Made by a program: the position numbers and the translations under genes. A DNA stretch of 64,000 bases from Auanema rhodensis (Eukaryota; Animalia; Nematoda): contig OZ059895.1 of NCBI GenBank assembly GCA_964057225.1, forward strand, positions 16,740,001-16,804,000, read 5' to 3'. Shown here in pieces: positions 29,701 through 41,768 of the stretch. The notes beneath the pieces were generated by a model. That model was not told where the DNA came from and did not search any database. It saw only the letters and a list, made by a program, of their open reading frames with translations. Every line of letters begins with the position of its first letter. Within the stretch, counting starts at the first letter, position 1.

Positions 29701-31957
29701 CTTGCTAGCAGTATTTTTAGCTTCCTTCTTTGAAGCATTTCTGGCTGATTCTTCTTGAGTCTGAAAACCGTATTTTAAATTTCAGTCTCACTGTTTTGAT
29801 TTCTAACCATTTTAAGATCATCGTCCTTAGGGGCTTTTCCTTCTGCTTCCTTAGAATCGTTTTTGGGTTCTGGCTGGCCCTGAAAAGTGTCTTAAATTTA
29901 TTTTTTTTGATGTGTATTATATACCTCTGGATGTTGTGTCATAGGTACAGCGGTGGCAACATTATCAGTTGGCTGAGCATCTTTCTTTACGGGTTTAGTT
30001 CTTCATAATTGAGTAATTAATTATGAATTATAATTAAAACTTACTTTTTCTTGCCGCATTTAATAAGAATTAGGGAGATTATTATAAAGTTAATAAAAGC
30101 CAACAGAAGCATGACCAACACTTTTGTTGTTATTGAGAAAGAATGATTTTTTTTCAATTTAAATGATATCTACGTGTGACGTAACTCACGTTTTCTAATT
30201 TGACGTGTACACGCGTGTAGGTGCTCGGTGTGCAATGCTTAGCAAAACTAAAACTTTCACGCCTAAATATTCAAATTTTGTTTGCAAATGTAAACTTTGT
30301 TTTCAAGCGTGATATTTACAGGATTTTTCTGTTAGCACTACCGGACAACTTGCTGGCGTTGTAGTCAGTGTTGCTGGAGCTGCTGCGTTATGCAAAAGCT
30401 TAAAGGTATGAAAAAAGTTTTTTTCGTTAAATATAGTATACTATATTACAGGTTGCTTGTGAACTTTATCCATCTAGACATGTTGTTCTCTGTCTTGATC
30501 CATATTCTGGGCTTGGCTTCGCTTTATGGTGTTTATCAAGTGTTTCTTCTGGACATCATACGACACTTATACCTCCAGCAGAAGTAGAAAGTCAACCTTC
30601 TCTCTGGCTCTCCACCGTCTCTCAGGTCAAAGGTAATATTTTGATGTGATTGTAACTGTGCTTAACTGAGCTTCTAATTTAGCTCGCGATACTTTTACAA
30701 CAAATGCTATTATGGAGCTATGTATTCGTGATTTGGGTACTAGTGTTGCTCAACTCAAAGAGAAACAAGTCAATCTATCATGGTTTGAATATCATTTCTT
30801 GTTTTTATGAAATATATATTTTCAGCTTGAGAACATGTGTTGTTGTTGCCGAAGATAGACCAAGAACATCTCTTGTTGCTGCATTCTCTCGAATTTTCGC
30901 ACCTCTAGGACTTTCACCAAGAGCTGTATCTACATCCTTTGGTTGCCGAGTGAATCCTGCTATTTGTATGCAGGTACAAAAGTTCTCCCATCACTCACTT
31001 ACTTTATAAATGTATTTAAGGGAGCTTCGGGGCCAGATCCAGCCACTGTTTACATCGATGCTCGTGCTCTGAGAAATGACCGTGTTACTCTTGTTGGTAA
31101 AGGAGCTCCTCATAGTTTATCATTATTAGAGAGTGGAAAGGTATTCTATTCTTTCATTTATGTTATTTCGATTTTCTTGATTTTTAGATCATGCCTGGTG
31201 TCAAAATCGTAATTGCCAATCCTGAAACTCGTGGGCAATGTGCAGATTCTCATCTCGGAGAAATCTGGGTTGCTTCTTCTCACAGTTCTGTTAACTATTT
31301 CACTGTGTATGGTGAAGAAACCAATATGCATAACGATCACTTTAATGCTCGTCTGACAACGGGCGATACAAGAACAAGATATGCTCGTACTGGCTATTTG
31401 GGTTTCTTGCGACAGACGCAATCTATTACTGAAGGTATTCAAATACGTAGAGTTGCTCTTATAAATTTTTAATTCTTTAGATGGCGAATTACATGATGCC
31501 GTTTTTGTTGTTGGTGCATTAGAAGAGACGTTGATGTTAAGAGGCATGAGATACCATCCTGTTGATATAGAAAATTCTGTTTCTCGCTGCCATAAATTAG
31601 TTGGGGAATGGTAATGAAATTTCCGTATTTAGTAATTATTTCATGAAATCCCTTTTGTAGTGCCGTATTCACTTGGACACATTTGGTGGTTGTTGTAGCC
31701 GAATGTACGGGCAATGAATCAGAAGCTTTGGATATGGTTCCAGCCATTACTTCTGCGGTAAGTTGTTTCATCTTTGAACTATTGAACCAAAATCTCTACA
31801 GGTTTTGGAAGAACATCATTTAATTGTTGGTGTTGTTGTGATAGTTGATCCAAGAACAATTCCAATTAACACAAAAGGAGAGAAACAGCGTAATCAGCTT
31901 CGGGAGCACTTCCTTCATGATCAGCTGAATCCCATCTACGTTGCCTATAACAGCTAA
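17751..31957 (+). CDS. dip-2: Disco-interacting protein 2 (DMAP1-binding domain + tandem adenylate-forming/FACL-like domains)
   Basis: N-terminus MEGIDISKLPLDVRERLAELDLELSEGDITQKGYDKKK. Internal motifs RDEGRFHSEIRAEAVQAAL, KVSLKIQQVLTNLQRPK, AFYGCLLAGVVPV, DFKREVGLWHAVL, LPKTPLGGIH, STSFGCRVN and YARTGYLGF. C-terminus QLNPIYVAYNS*. Confidence 0.95.
19411..19458 (+). CDS. Candidate 48-nt symmetric cassette exon of dip-2 (GSQRLLKPQFSEEDGC)
   Basis: ttttaatag acceptor and G|gtagat donor, phase 1-1 like the flanking exons, open frame. Confidence 0.4.
21624..21741 (+). CDS. Candidate alternative first coding exon of dip-2 (MLSHDVAPVLRPN...AMRHSAY)
   Basis: ATG ~14 nt after a ttctag acceptor, consensus gtaagt donor, phase 1 matching the downstream SSSDEDDD exon (~21930). 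Confidence 0.55.
24516..25127 (+). CDS. Candidate large alternative first exon of dip-2 (204 codons, MEHMDPSPYAV...CIGNM)
   Basis: 612-nt open frame in AT-rich intronic DNA ending at ATG|gtaaga (phase 0). It splices in frame to the RPKDKPLHEFY exon at 25230. A GC-rich promoter-like patch lies at ~24270-24400. Confidence 0.7.
29594..30112 (-). CDS. Nested antisense gene in dip-2 intron 29517-30321: ~112 aa protein with an N-terminal hydrophobic anchor and Lys/Glu-rich tail
   Basis: Five exons separated by short (~44-47 nt) GT-AG introns give MLLLAFINFIIISLILIKCGKKKTKPVKKDAQPTDNVATAVPMTQHPEGQPEPKNDSKEAEGKAPKDDDLKMTQEESARNASKKEAKNTASKKDSVGSKKETTDEKKSDKKE*. The last donor is weak. Confidence 0.8.
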
Positions 31958-33683
31958 TTTAATATATATGAGTAGGATTTTCCTTCTTGCTTTTCTTGTG
32001 ATTACGGGTTATAAATCGTCGGTTCAAGAAGTATGCCCTGTTCTTGTGCTCTACAGATTTGGAAAAGCACGTCCCGTTTTAGGCATACGAATGATCATTT
32101 GTTTTCATGTTTATTCTTCATATTTTTTTATTTGTGATCTCCTTTTTGTATTCAGTCGTACGGCTCATCAGGGTGTTATATTGTTTTGATCATGCCTCGG
32201 GAACATGTTAACTTAAATTTAGCTAGTTATGTCACTTAAATTATATATTTGCGATTCTATTCCCTTGTCAATATTGCCCATTTTATAGTTTTCATGATTA
32301 TACCTGTGTTATTAGCTGTAACACACCCTCACACAGCCTCAGGCTTGTAGGTGTTTCCATTTTAGACTACTAATCATATGTTTCTGTTTCCATAGACGAG
32401 TTGCTATCTGTGAGATGTATTTTGATTTCATATTTAAGTATTTTAGATTGTAGTCTCTGAAGATTTTTTATATTGGATATGTGTGTCCCCTTTCTTTATC
32501 TTCTTGTGATCCGTTTGCCCGCTTCCCGGACGACCTATGAGTCTGTATGACTGACACAGAAGGTCTATCAGGAATCGTATTCCAGCCCGTTCAAGGGATC
32601 ATTTTTAACACATAAAGCATATATCTTTATGATGTACATAGATATATAATAACGTAATAAAAATTCAAGCATATCTTTGATTTATCGAGATCATGGTAAA
32701 ATCACTTAGGGATTTCTCAAATGATTTAATAGTTAGTGTGCAACAGTGGTATTCTCTTCAATTTCTCATGCTTCTCTATAGATGGAAGTACAGGATCCAG
32801 ATACAAAGGTGAAGAAGATGACGCGGATGACGTGCACGCTGACAACGCAGATGATTCTGGTGAGTGGTACTGATGCTATAACCTGTCGATGGTTGGGGGG
32901 AAAGAAATAACGATGAAGGCGGACCGCTGAAAGATGGCAACCTTCTAGTTTATGATTAGGCGACAAATAGTATATAAAGAAAGAGAGACATGATAAATGA
33001 TACGCTGATAGGGATAGAGCAGGTTCCCTCTCTCTTTTCATTGGGGACTGAAAGTCAGTCATACAGTGACGACAACGAAGTTGGAAACGACGTCTAAGAA
33101 TAAGAAGATGATGTGACCCTGCCAGACTACAGCGAGAGATTACAGAAGCAGAGAATAGAGCGTGAGCGGTTAAAATGAGAAGATGTGAGCGATGACTTTA
33201 GGAGAGGAGGTGAAGCAAATAGGCTAACTGATAAAATATATGCGATGAAGAAATAGAGAGTGAGAGAAAGGGAGATATAAGAAGTGTGGACTTGTAACAG
33301 ATGAAGAGAGAGCAAGAGAGAAAGAGAGAGAGAGAGCAAGAGAGAGAGAGGGGGAGAGGACAACAAGAGGGGCCAAGACAATTGACAGTATGAAGACATT
33401 GATGACATGACCAAAAGACGTCCTTATCATCTTCATTGTTGTTTTTGGTAGTCACAATCGATAGCAGCACAGAATCTGGCGCATCTTGTAATAATCAAAG
33501 TCGCAAAACTTTTTGTTTTCGGATCACGAACGGTGTTAGATGTTGCTGCTATGCTGCTATGCTGTTTGTCTGCGTATACAACGACCTCAAGCTTGAGTCT
33601 CATGTCAACTAATGCTGATAATGATGCTGATGCGTGTATGTACATATGTATATATGTATCGTTATCACCATTACCGTTGTTAT

Positions 33684-33763
33684 AATCATCATCATCATCA
33701 GCATCAGCATCAGCATCAGCATCAGCATCAGCATCAGCAGCAGCAGCAGCAGCAGCGTCGTCA
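33684..33763. repeat. Compound microsatellite (ATC)n-(AGCATC)n-(AGC)n
   Basis: Directly visible; produces spurious poly-Ala/Asp and poly-Ile/Ser ORFs on both strands. Confidence 0.9.
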
Positions 33764-34408
33764 TGATCAGTAATCGCGTGGTTTTCGTTCATCTCCGTCA
33801 CTTTGGCCATGTGTGTATGTGTGTGCTTTCTGCTGTTGTAGATCATATTTCGAACAATGAAACGATACTGATTGGCCTGCTGAACTTTTCAGCATTTCCT
33901 TGTTTGAATTTTCGTATTCTTACTTTTCTTGCTGTTCTTCTTTTTGGAGTGCCAATGATGATCAGAAGTTCGAAAGATCGTTTACTACATAATCCAATAA
34001 CCAAGAGATAGATAGATAGAGAGAAAGAGATTGAATGATAGAAAGAGAGAGAGGCAGACATTTAGAATCAGTAAAGGCTATATAGAAAGTATATGAAATA
34101 GATAGTAAGTTGTTATATGAGAGATTAGGAACTCATGAAATTCTACAGAGAGAGAGCAAAAGAGAGAGAGAGAGAAAGCTACTATGTTTGGATCTTATGA
34201 ATAGCCTAACTGTTATCTCATGACTAGTTAAAGGATATTCGGTTATATTCACTATTGAAAACTATTTTTATTACTTTTTTAATACACATAATCACATGAT
34301 GATGAATGATGTGTGTTTTTTATTTGTTTAACTCTATTAACCTGATAATTCTGAAAAAAAAAACAAAAAAATCGTGGAGGAAGTTTTAAGCACAATCTCA
34401 TTAAGAAT

Positions 34409-34442
<34 letters not shown>

Positions 34443-34460
34443 GAGAGAGAAAGAGATAGA
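34409..34460. repeat. (GA)n microsatellite
   Basis: Near-perfect GA run. Confidence 0.9.
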
Positions 34461-35176
34461 GGGATGAAGAGTAAAGAAGAGAAATGATGAAGAGAAATAC
34501 TGGTTGAGAAAAAGGAATATTTATGAAATAGAGAAAGATAGATCGAGAGAAGTAGGAAAGTTTTTCTTTATCTCTCTTCCTGTCTCCCATATCTTCTCGT
34601 TAGAATGAAGGAGGAGGAGACTGTTGCAAGTTCAACAATACTTTGATGGCACTGATGGCCTAATGATGATGATGATGATGATGATGTTGATGTTGATGAC
34701 GACGACAATGTTGGATGCTGATGACGATGGTGTTTGATAAAGACAATAGTTGGAAAATGTATTCGAAAGTGTGTTAAAGAAAGATCAAAAAGTTGTCATT
34801 TTTCTTCCCAGTTTCCAGCAATCTCTTCTTGAACATGAGAAAAGACATTGGTGTCATAGTTAGTGAAGTATTTGAAGACAAAAAACTTGATTTGTTGTAA
34901 GTATTGTTATGTTTTAATAACATACAAATAAATGAAAAATTTCGGTAAAAAATAATATAAAAATGTGCTTTTACTATGTTATTTTCTCTCATGTTGCTCT
35001 TAAGAAAAAGATATTTTTGTTAGACATTTCGCATACTCAAATAGCTACTGGTTTTTTCTGTTATTTTTTTACTCAAATTGTTAATTTTTTATATTTTAAA
35101 CATACATTTATTATTTTATTTCCTCTTAACATGTGTTTGTTTTGAGTATCATTTTTTTTATTAATAGGAGATAGAG

Positions 35177-35210
<34 letters not shown>

Positions 35211-37052
35211 TAAGAAGGGCTTGCTGTACACAAGCTATATGTTAGATATGCAAATAGGTTGAAGGTTGATGAGTATACAACTTGAGCATGAGCTTGTTGT
35301 GATCAGTTTAACGATAGCTGTAGTTCATATTGTGATAGGCTTTCATGCTTCTTGTATGCTTGTTGTATTGTTGTAACACGTAACCCGTAAAAGTTTCGTT
35401 TTGTATTCTCGATCATTCTTTTCTCCTCTCCTTTTCAGTGTTTTCCTTTTTTTTTTGCTTCACCATCTCTTCTTCTCACATTTTTTTCGTTTTCCTTTGG
35501 AAACATTCACGTTTCGCTACTTATTATCCTACATCATCTTTGGCTGTGTGTATGTGTGTGTGTGTGTATGTGTATGTGTGTGTGTACGTGTTGCAGCTAC
35601 GACAGCTACTTCTACTTCTGCGACGGCTGCTGCTGCTGCTGCTGTTGCTGCTGCTATTCTTATTTCTGCTGTTGATGCTTCTACAGCAGCATCATCGTCG
35701 TCATTTCTACTGCCCATTCTAAGTCTGCAGGTTTCATGTGCTGATTCAAAAAATAATTAATAACCTTTTTTGGTCATATCGCACACATTTCATGCTTTTT
35801 GATCGTGTTTTTTTCGATCATTTTTGCCAACTAACTTCCGAGATTATCAAATCATGTTATAATTTAATCTTTTTTTAAAAGATGCCTTGTAATCAATTAT
35901 GACATTCAGTGTCTGATTATTACAGTAAATCGTCGTCTTCATCATCTTCTTCTCATCATTTTCATCACAATCCACATCACCAATATTATCGTCGTGATTT
36001 CAATATCTATAGATGAGTTGAACACGATTATCGCTTTTCTTGAACTTTTTAATGAAACTGAAAATTTCGTTTCCAAAATTTTCAAAATACATGTATGAAA
36101 GTTCAGATTGGAGTCAATTTGAAATTGATGAGATATGAAGATGTTTCAGCAAGCATCTACCTTTCCAACTTTCCTCATTTGTTGAGCTTTAACTACTTGG
36201 AGATCTATATCTTCTGCTATTCTCTCTCCACTCTCTCTTTCTTTCTCTTTTTCTCTTTCTCTCTATTTCTGTTATGATTAAGCCAAGATACTAAGTGATT
36301 ATCTTAAGCTTTCACTATTGTGAATTCTTTGTTTAAAATTCTGAAGTTAAGGCGGAGTGTAATTAGTTCAGACTATGTGTAGTTAACTGTGCTTTTGACC
36401 AATGACCACTCATCTATGCTTTAAATAGTTTTAAAGTTCGAAATTCAGACTATATATAGTTTTCAGTTGTCATATGGAACTTGACTTCTAGCAATCATTT
36501 TTATTTTCTGAAAATTACACCACCGCCAGGCTGGAACACGACTAATTGTCTCAGTATCATCTGATCATCTGATGATTTCAGAGCGTCGACGATACCGACG
36601 ACTTGTTTCAACTAGTCAAAATCTTTCGTTTATGATATATGTATATATGTGACCGAGATGCTTGCTCTTTGCTTTGCGTAGGCCATACATCATCGATTCC
36701 GTCTGATGCCGCTTGTCTTCCAACTTCTGACAGCATACAATGTCCATTTCATGCTGCTATTGCCAATGCTTCTCTCCGACTGTTGATCCGGATTCGCATA
36801 CACGTCGAACGCTACACATCACCGGAGCAGATATATTGCTGCTGGCTGGCTATTAATGAGGACAATCAACAGATCCAGTAGTCTGATACGCTGATTTCGT
36901 CGTCCAGCTAACGTCTTCCGTATATCTGGCCTTATGTCAACAGACAGATTATAAGCTTAGTGTCAATTGAATCCGTTTTACTACTCTCTACAACTCCTAT
37001 CTACCCCTCGTTCGCCTCTCCCTTTACCATCATGATAATCGTGAATTGTCAA

Positions 37053-37107
37053 CATCATCATCATCATCATCATCATCATCACCACCATCATCATCATCGT
37101 CATCATC
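37053..37107. repeat. (CAT/CAC)n microsatellite
   Basis: catcatcat...caccaccat run. Confidence 0.9.
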
Positions 37108-37432
37108 CTTCGCTTTTTCTCATAGGCCCTGCCTCTCTCTCACCAACACCCGTGTCCTTCATTAGCAGTCTTGATGAACTTATCGACAGATTTTGTTCAG
37201 AATAGAGAAATCTGCTAAGGGTTGTATGTTCTGTCTCTGTCATTGATGCGTGTCCGCTGATACCTGTAACGTAGTATACAGTTCAACAGACGGACATGCA
37301 ACTTTTTCTGTTCTCCCATAATGTTTTAACAACTACTACAACAACTGCTAACAAGCTTTTCAAGTTTTCTTTTGGAACTACAACCTCTCTCGTGCCAATG
37401 CCATCTTTAACCAATCTTCTCTCCCCTCCCAT

Positions 37433-37463
37433 GTCTCTCTCTTCTCTCTCCCTCTCCCTCTCT

Positions 37464-37505
<42 letters not shown>

Positions 37506-37506
37506 A
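37433..37506. repeat. (CT)n microsatellite
   Basis: Long imperfect CT run. Confidence 0.9.
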
Positions 37507-38512
37507 CTACAGTTCCTTTTCTCTTTCTCTCAATCTCTTCAGCTCTTCTCCCATCTTACTGCTATTATACAAATTTCAAAAACATCTTTTCACATATGAT
37601 ACTGCTGCTGTCATTGTATGTGTTTCAAATTTAATAATGTTTGTATACCTAAGTGTTCATGGAAGTTGCTGTTTCCGTTTTTATAATCAACTCTCCTACA
37701 ATCATATGACTTACTTGTTTTTCTCTTGTACCTTCATTTCTATTCGTCGTTAGCATCTTTCCTTCTCCTTCAGCAGCGATGAAATGCGGCGTCGCCACGA
37801 CGATGAGCGTCTTCCATTTGAAAGTCGTCGACATCGTTGCCGTCGTCGTCGATGATGATTTCTTCGACAACGTCTTCTCCCTTCTTATACGGCAGTGCCA
37901 GTCCATCCTCTCCCTTCTACTATATTCACCACGAAGCCCACCCCCTCTATCTTCACCACAACCAATCACAATAAGATTTAATTACTTCCTAAACTATCTC
38001 TACTTTAAAAACATTTCGAAATTTTTTCTTGATGATAACATCACCATCACCGCCACTGCCGCCATCATAGCCAGCAACCGCAGGATGCAGTAGTCGTCGT
38101 CGTCGTCGTCGTCGTCGTAGCCGTCGTCGTCTTAGCAGCAGTAACAGCATCAGCAGCCTCAGTGGCATTAACCACACCGATTTCTGTCATTCATCTAAAC
38201 CAGACGACGGCCGATTTTTAAAAAAAATTCTAACAGTTTACGTATAAATGTGATTTTCATTCTATAGTAATCTATGAATTCATCAATCATCAGCACAAAA
38301 CAGAAGAATCAGACGCCACGTTCTCATATCACGTTCAAACTTATTTGCTTTTATTTTCCATTTTAAAGACGATTTCTATTTTTTTTTTCATTTTAATTAT
38401 TGTTTTCATCATTCACCCTCTTCCCCGTTTCAGGCTCGAGACGAAAGTGAAAGAAAGCCGCTTAACAATTGCCTTTCGTCGTCTACGCTTTCAGAGGGAT
38501 GATTAATCGACT

Positions 38513-39009
38513 ATGACATTTGGTTTGTTAATTTCTCTTTTCTTCTTTTTTTTTATTAAAAAAATATAAAAAAGTGGCTGAATTAACCTCGAAGAGTAGT
38601 AGAATGAGAAGAGCAACCACACACAGATGGCCGAGTAGTGGGAGGAGTAGGGCGATGAAGAAAGAATGACACATGAGCTGTATATAGCGAATGAACAAAT
38701 AGCCGAACATGAAAAAGTGTCTGTTTAACAAACTTCTATATGTATATAACTATACAAAATAATAAAAATTATAATTATATTATTATAATAATTAATAATA
38801 ATAATTAAATATTATTTTAGAACTCTGTGATTGTCAAATCAGCTGCAAACCTGGCGATGATAAAGGTAGATTTTTAAATTTTACTATATATCAATCGTAT
38901 TCTGTCAAATTAAAGAAAGATCTGATGCACGATGACACAGTAAACTAATACTAAAAGCTATGTGATTATACTATTGTTTTCTATTCTCCTCTTTCTCTCT
39001 CTCTCTCCC

Positions 39010-39050
<41 letters not shown>

Positions 39051-41214
39051 TATCTTCATCTCTCTCTCTTTCTCTCTCTCTCTCTATCTTTAACCGAGGT
39101 TAAAATTTATTTATTTATAAGAAATAATTAATTATAATTATTTTTATATTTAATTATCTATATTCATTCTTTTTTTTTTTCTGTTTAGTTTTTTAGTTTT
39201 TTTATTTTATTATTTTGTTCTTTCCTTCTTTATATTTTCAATTATTTTCTGTTAATCTGCTTCACATACTATGATTTTGCCATAAGCATGAGTTAAGCTT
39301 TAAGCTTGAGCATTAGCAACATGAAGCAAAATAGACAGAAAGTAAAGAGCAATCTTTCTTTATTATATATTTTTAAAAAGTTTTTTTATAATTATTAAAC
39401 GAAATATTTATAAATATATAATTATATTTTTTATTTTTTTATTTCAAATAATTATATTCCTTATTCCATATAGATGATGCCGAATTGGGCTTTTATGCTC
39501 GTTGGAAAAATCGGAATCGAGTACGGCCAGCGAAGTTTGATGTGATTGAGGCTCGTATGGTAAGTCTAATTCCATTCTGGATGATCTTATACTTGTAACT
39601 TTACCCCAAGTTTTCTTCTTTTTCTTTTCAAATAATTAGTATAACCCATTTCTTTTTCTATATTCGACTTCTACCTCTATATATCTCTTATGACCCTCTA
39701 TAACGTCGTCAAAGCTTTTCTGTTCTTCTCCAAATTGCTTTTCCTCTTACCGCCATGCCCCCCCCCCCCACTCCTCCCCAATAGCTCTCTATCACTAATG
39801 TTTGTCTGAAATTTAATTTTTGTTCCTTTTCCTGCTTTCTTTTCTCATTTCTGTCAACTATCATTTGATTTCACTAATCATTTAAGGCTGTTGGAAGTTC
39901 GTTTGTAGAACATCACTTAACGATTGAACAACTACGAGATGTCTATCCTGATTCATATATTCAACATGAATATCCGGAACAAAGTGATGGTTTACATTCA
40001 GAAGAAGCCAAGTAACACATCATGTTCTGAAAATAGCTTCATCATCCTTTTCTGTATTTTCAGAAATCGATTACGTGATGGTGGAGCTAATGTTATTGAT
40101 CCACCCAAAGAGCCCGGCTTATTTCAGATGTTTTTACAACAATTTCATTATAAATTTTGGTTATTACTAACAGGTTAACCATATATCTAGCATATATAGT
40201 TAGTTACACAAGCTATTGCTCATTCAGGTGCTGCATTCTTATCCATAGCTACATATTGTGTTCATCGTGTTCACGGATACAATGAACCACTTAATCTCTA
40301 CTGTGCTTTCATACTGATGATCGTCGTGCTATTCATGTGTTGCCTCTCATTCTGGCAAGAAAGTAAAGCTAAAAAAGTTGGTTAATTCATTAACTATGTG
40401 TATATATTGTAATTCATAATCCATACTATATATAGGTTATCCAAAATTTCACTAAACTATTGCCATCTAAAGCTGTTGTCATACGTGATTGCGAAGAAAA
40501 AGAAGTTGATATCGAAACATTGGTCGTTGGCGATCTGGTTGTAATACGGTAAAGATCACATTTTCATCTTTTTTTTCTTCTTTTTCGTCTTCTAAAAAAA
40601 ACTTTTTGTGGCCTTATCAAACTTATAAAGATGATATTGAATGAAAGATCAAGAAGATGTATTACCCGATTTCAGATCAGGTTCTCGTATTCCAGCTGAT
40701 TTGCGAATTTTGCATACAAACTGTCTTACAATTGAAGTTGGCGAGGTAACAGGTGATTCATTTACTTTCCTATTTATCATATAATTATAAAATTATTTTA
40801 TTTATTTATTGATTGATTTATGCTAATAATTATTGATTTATTAATGTTTTTTTTATTTATTTTGAATATAGGACTTAATGAGCTAGTTGAATGTTCATCC
40901 GAAGCTGCAGCTCCTCATGTCTCTGTATTTGATGCCAAAAATGTTGCCTTCAAAGGATCTCATTGTACAGAAGGAGATGGCATTGGAATTGTTATTCGAA
41001 CAGGAAAATTTACTGTAAGTTTAGATATCTATTTCCTTTTGAAGTCATTAAAATAACTTTTTATTAGATTTTTTTTTGTTCTTTATCATTTTCCGTAAAA
41101 TATAAAAATCACGAGAATCTACGTGAGTATGTAGACAATCATGTATACACGTGTTATCAGGTTTATGACAATGATACATTTCAAATAAAAATAATATTAT
41201 TATATATAATAAAT

Positions 41215-41251
<37 letters not shown>

Positions 41252-41669
41252 TTATATATATACTCATCTCTCATGTAGCCGGGCCGGAATACCCAGAAGC
41301 TTTTGAGATTTTTCCAGGGCCAGAAAAACTGGACCTATTTTCCGAATATTCCGGTCTTGAATATATTGTAAAAATAGTGAATTTTATTTACTAAAATGAT
41401 GTCATATTCATAGCTTGCTTATCGGGAAATTATCCAATTTGTTCCAATATATTATGAAATTATGGAATAGCCAGCCCATTTCTGATCATAGTAGGTCCGA
41501 AATTACTTTGTTTCAGAATTTTTTGAATATTCACCAGTTTTGATACATAAATATCTTTTATATATTTATATATATCTTGCCTTATTTTTGCTAAAATTAC
41601 ATTTCTCTCCAACATGTTCCACACGCAAACTGATTTTTTGATATTTCTTGTTGCATTCTCTCATGTGGA

Positions 41670-41768
<99 letters not shown>

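Noticed and set aside
32766-38200. Many 60-137 aa ORFs with poly-Ala/His/Arg or LSLS, CVCV runs
   Set aside because: These are translations of microsatellites on both strands, with no splice-consistent gene model.
41284-41354. Short inverted repeat ccggaata...tattccgg in an ATPase intron
   Set aside because: Only 8-10 bp, with no target-site duplication or second copy in the window.
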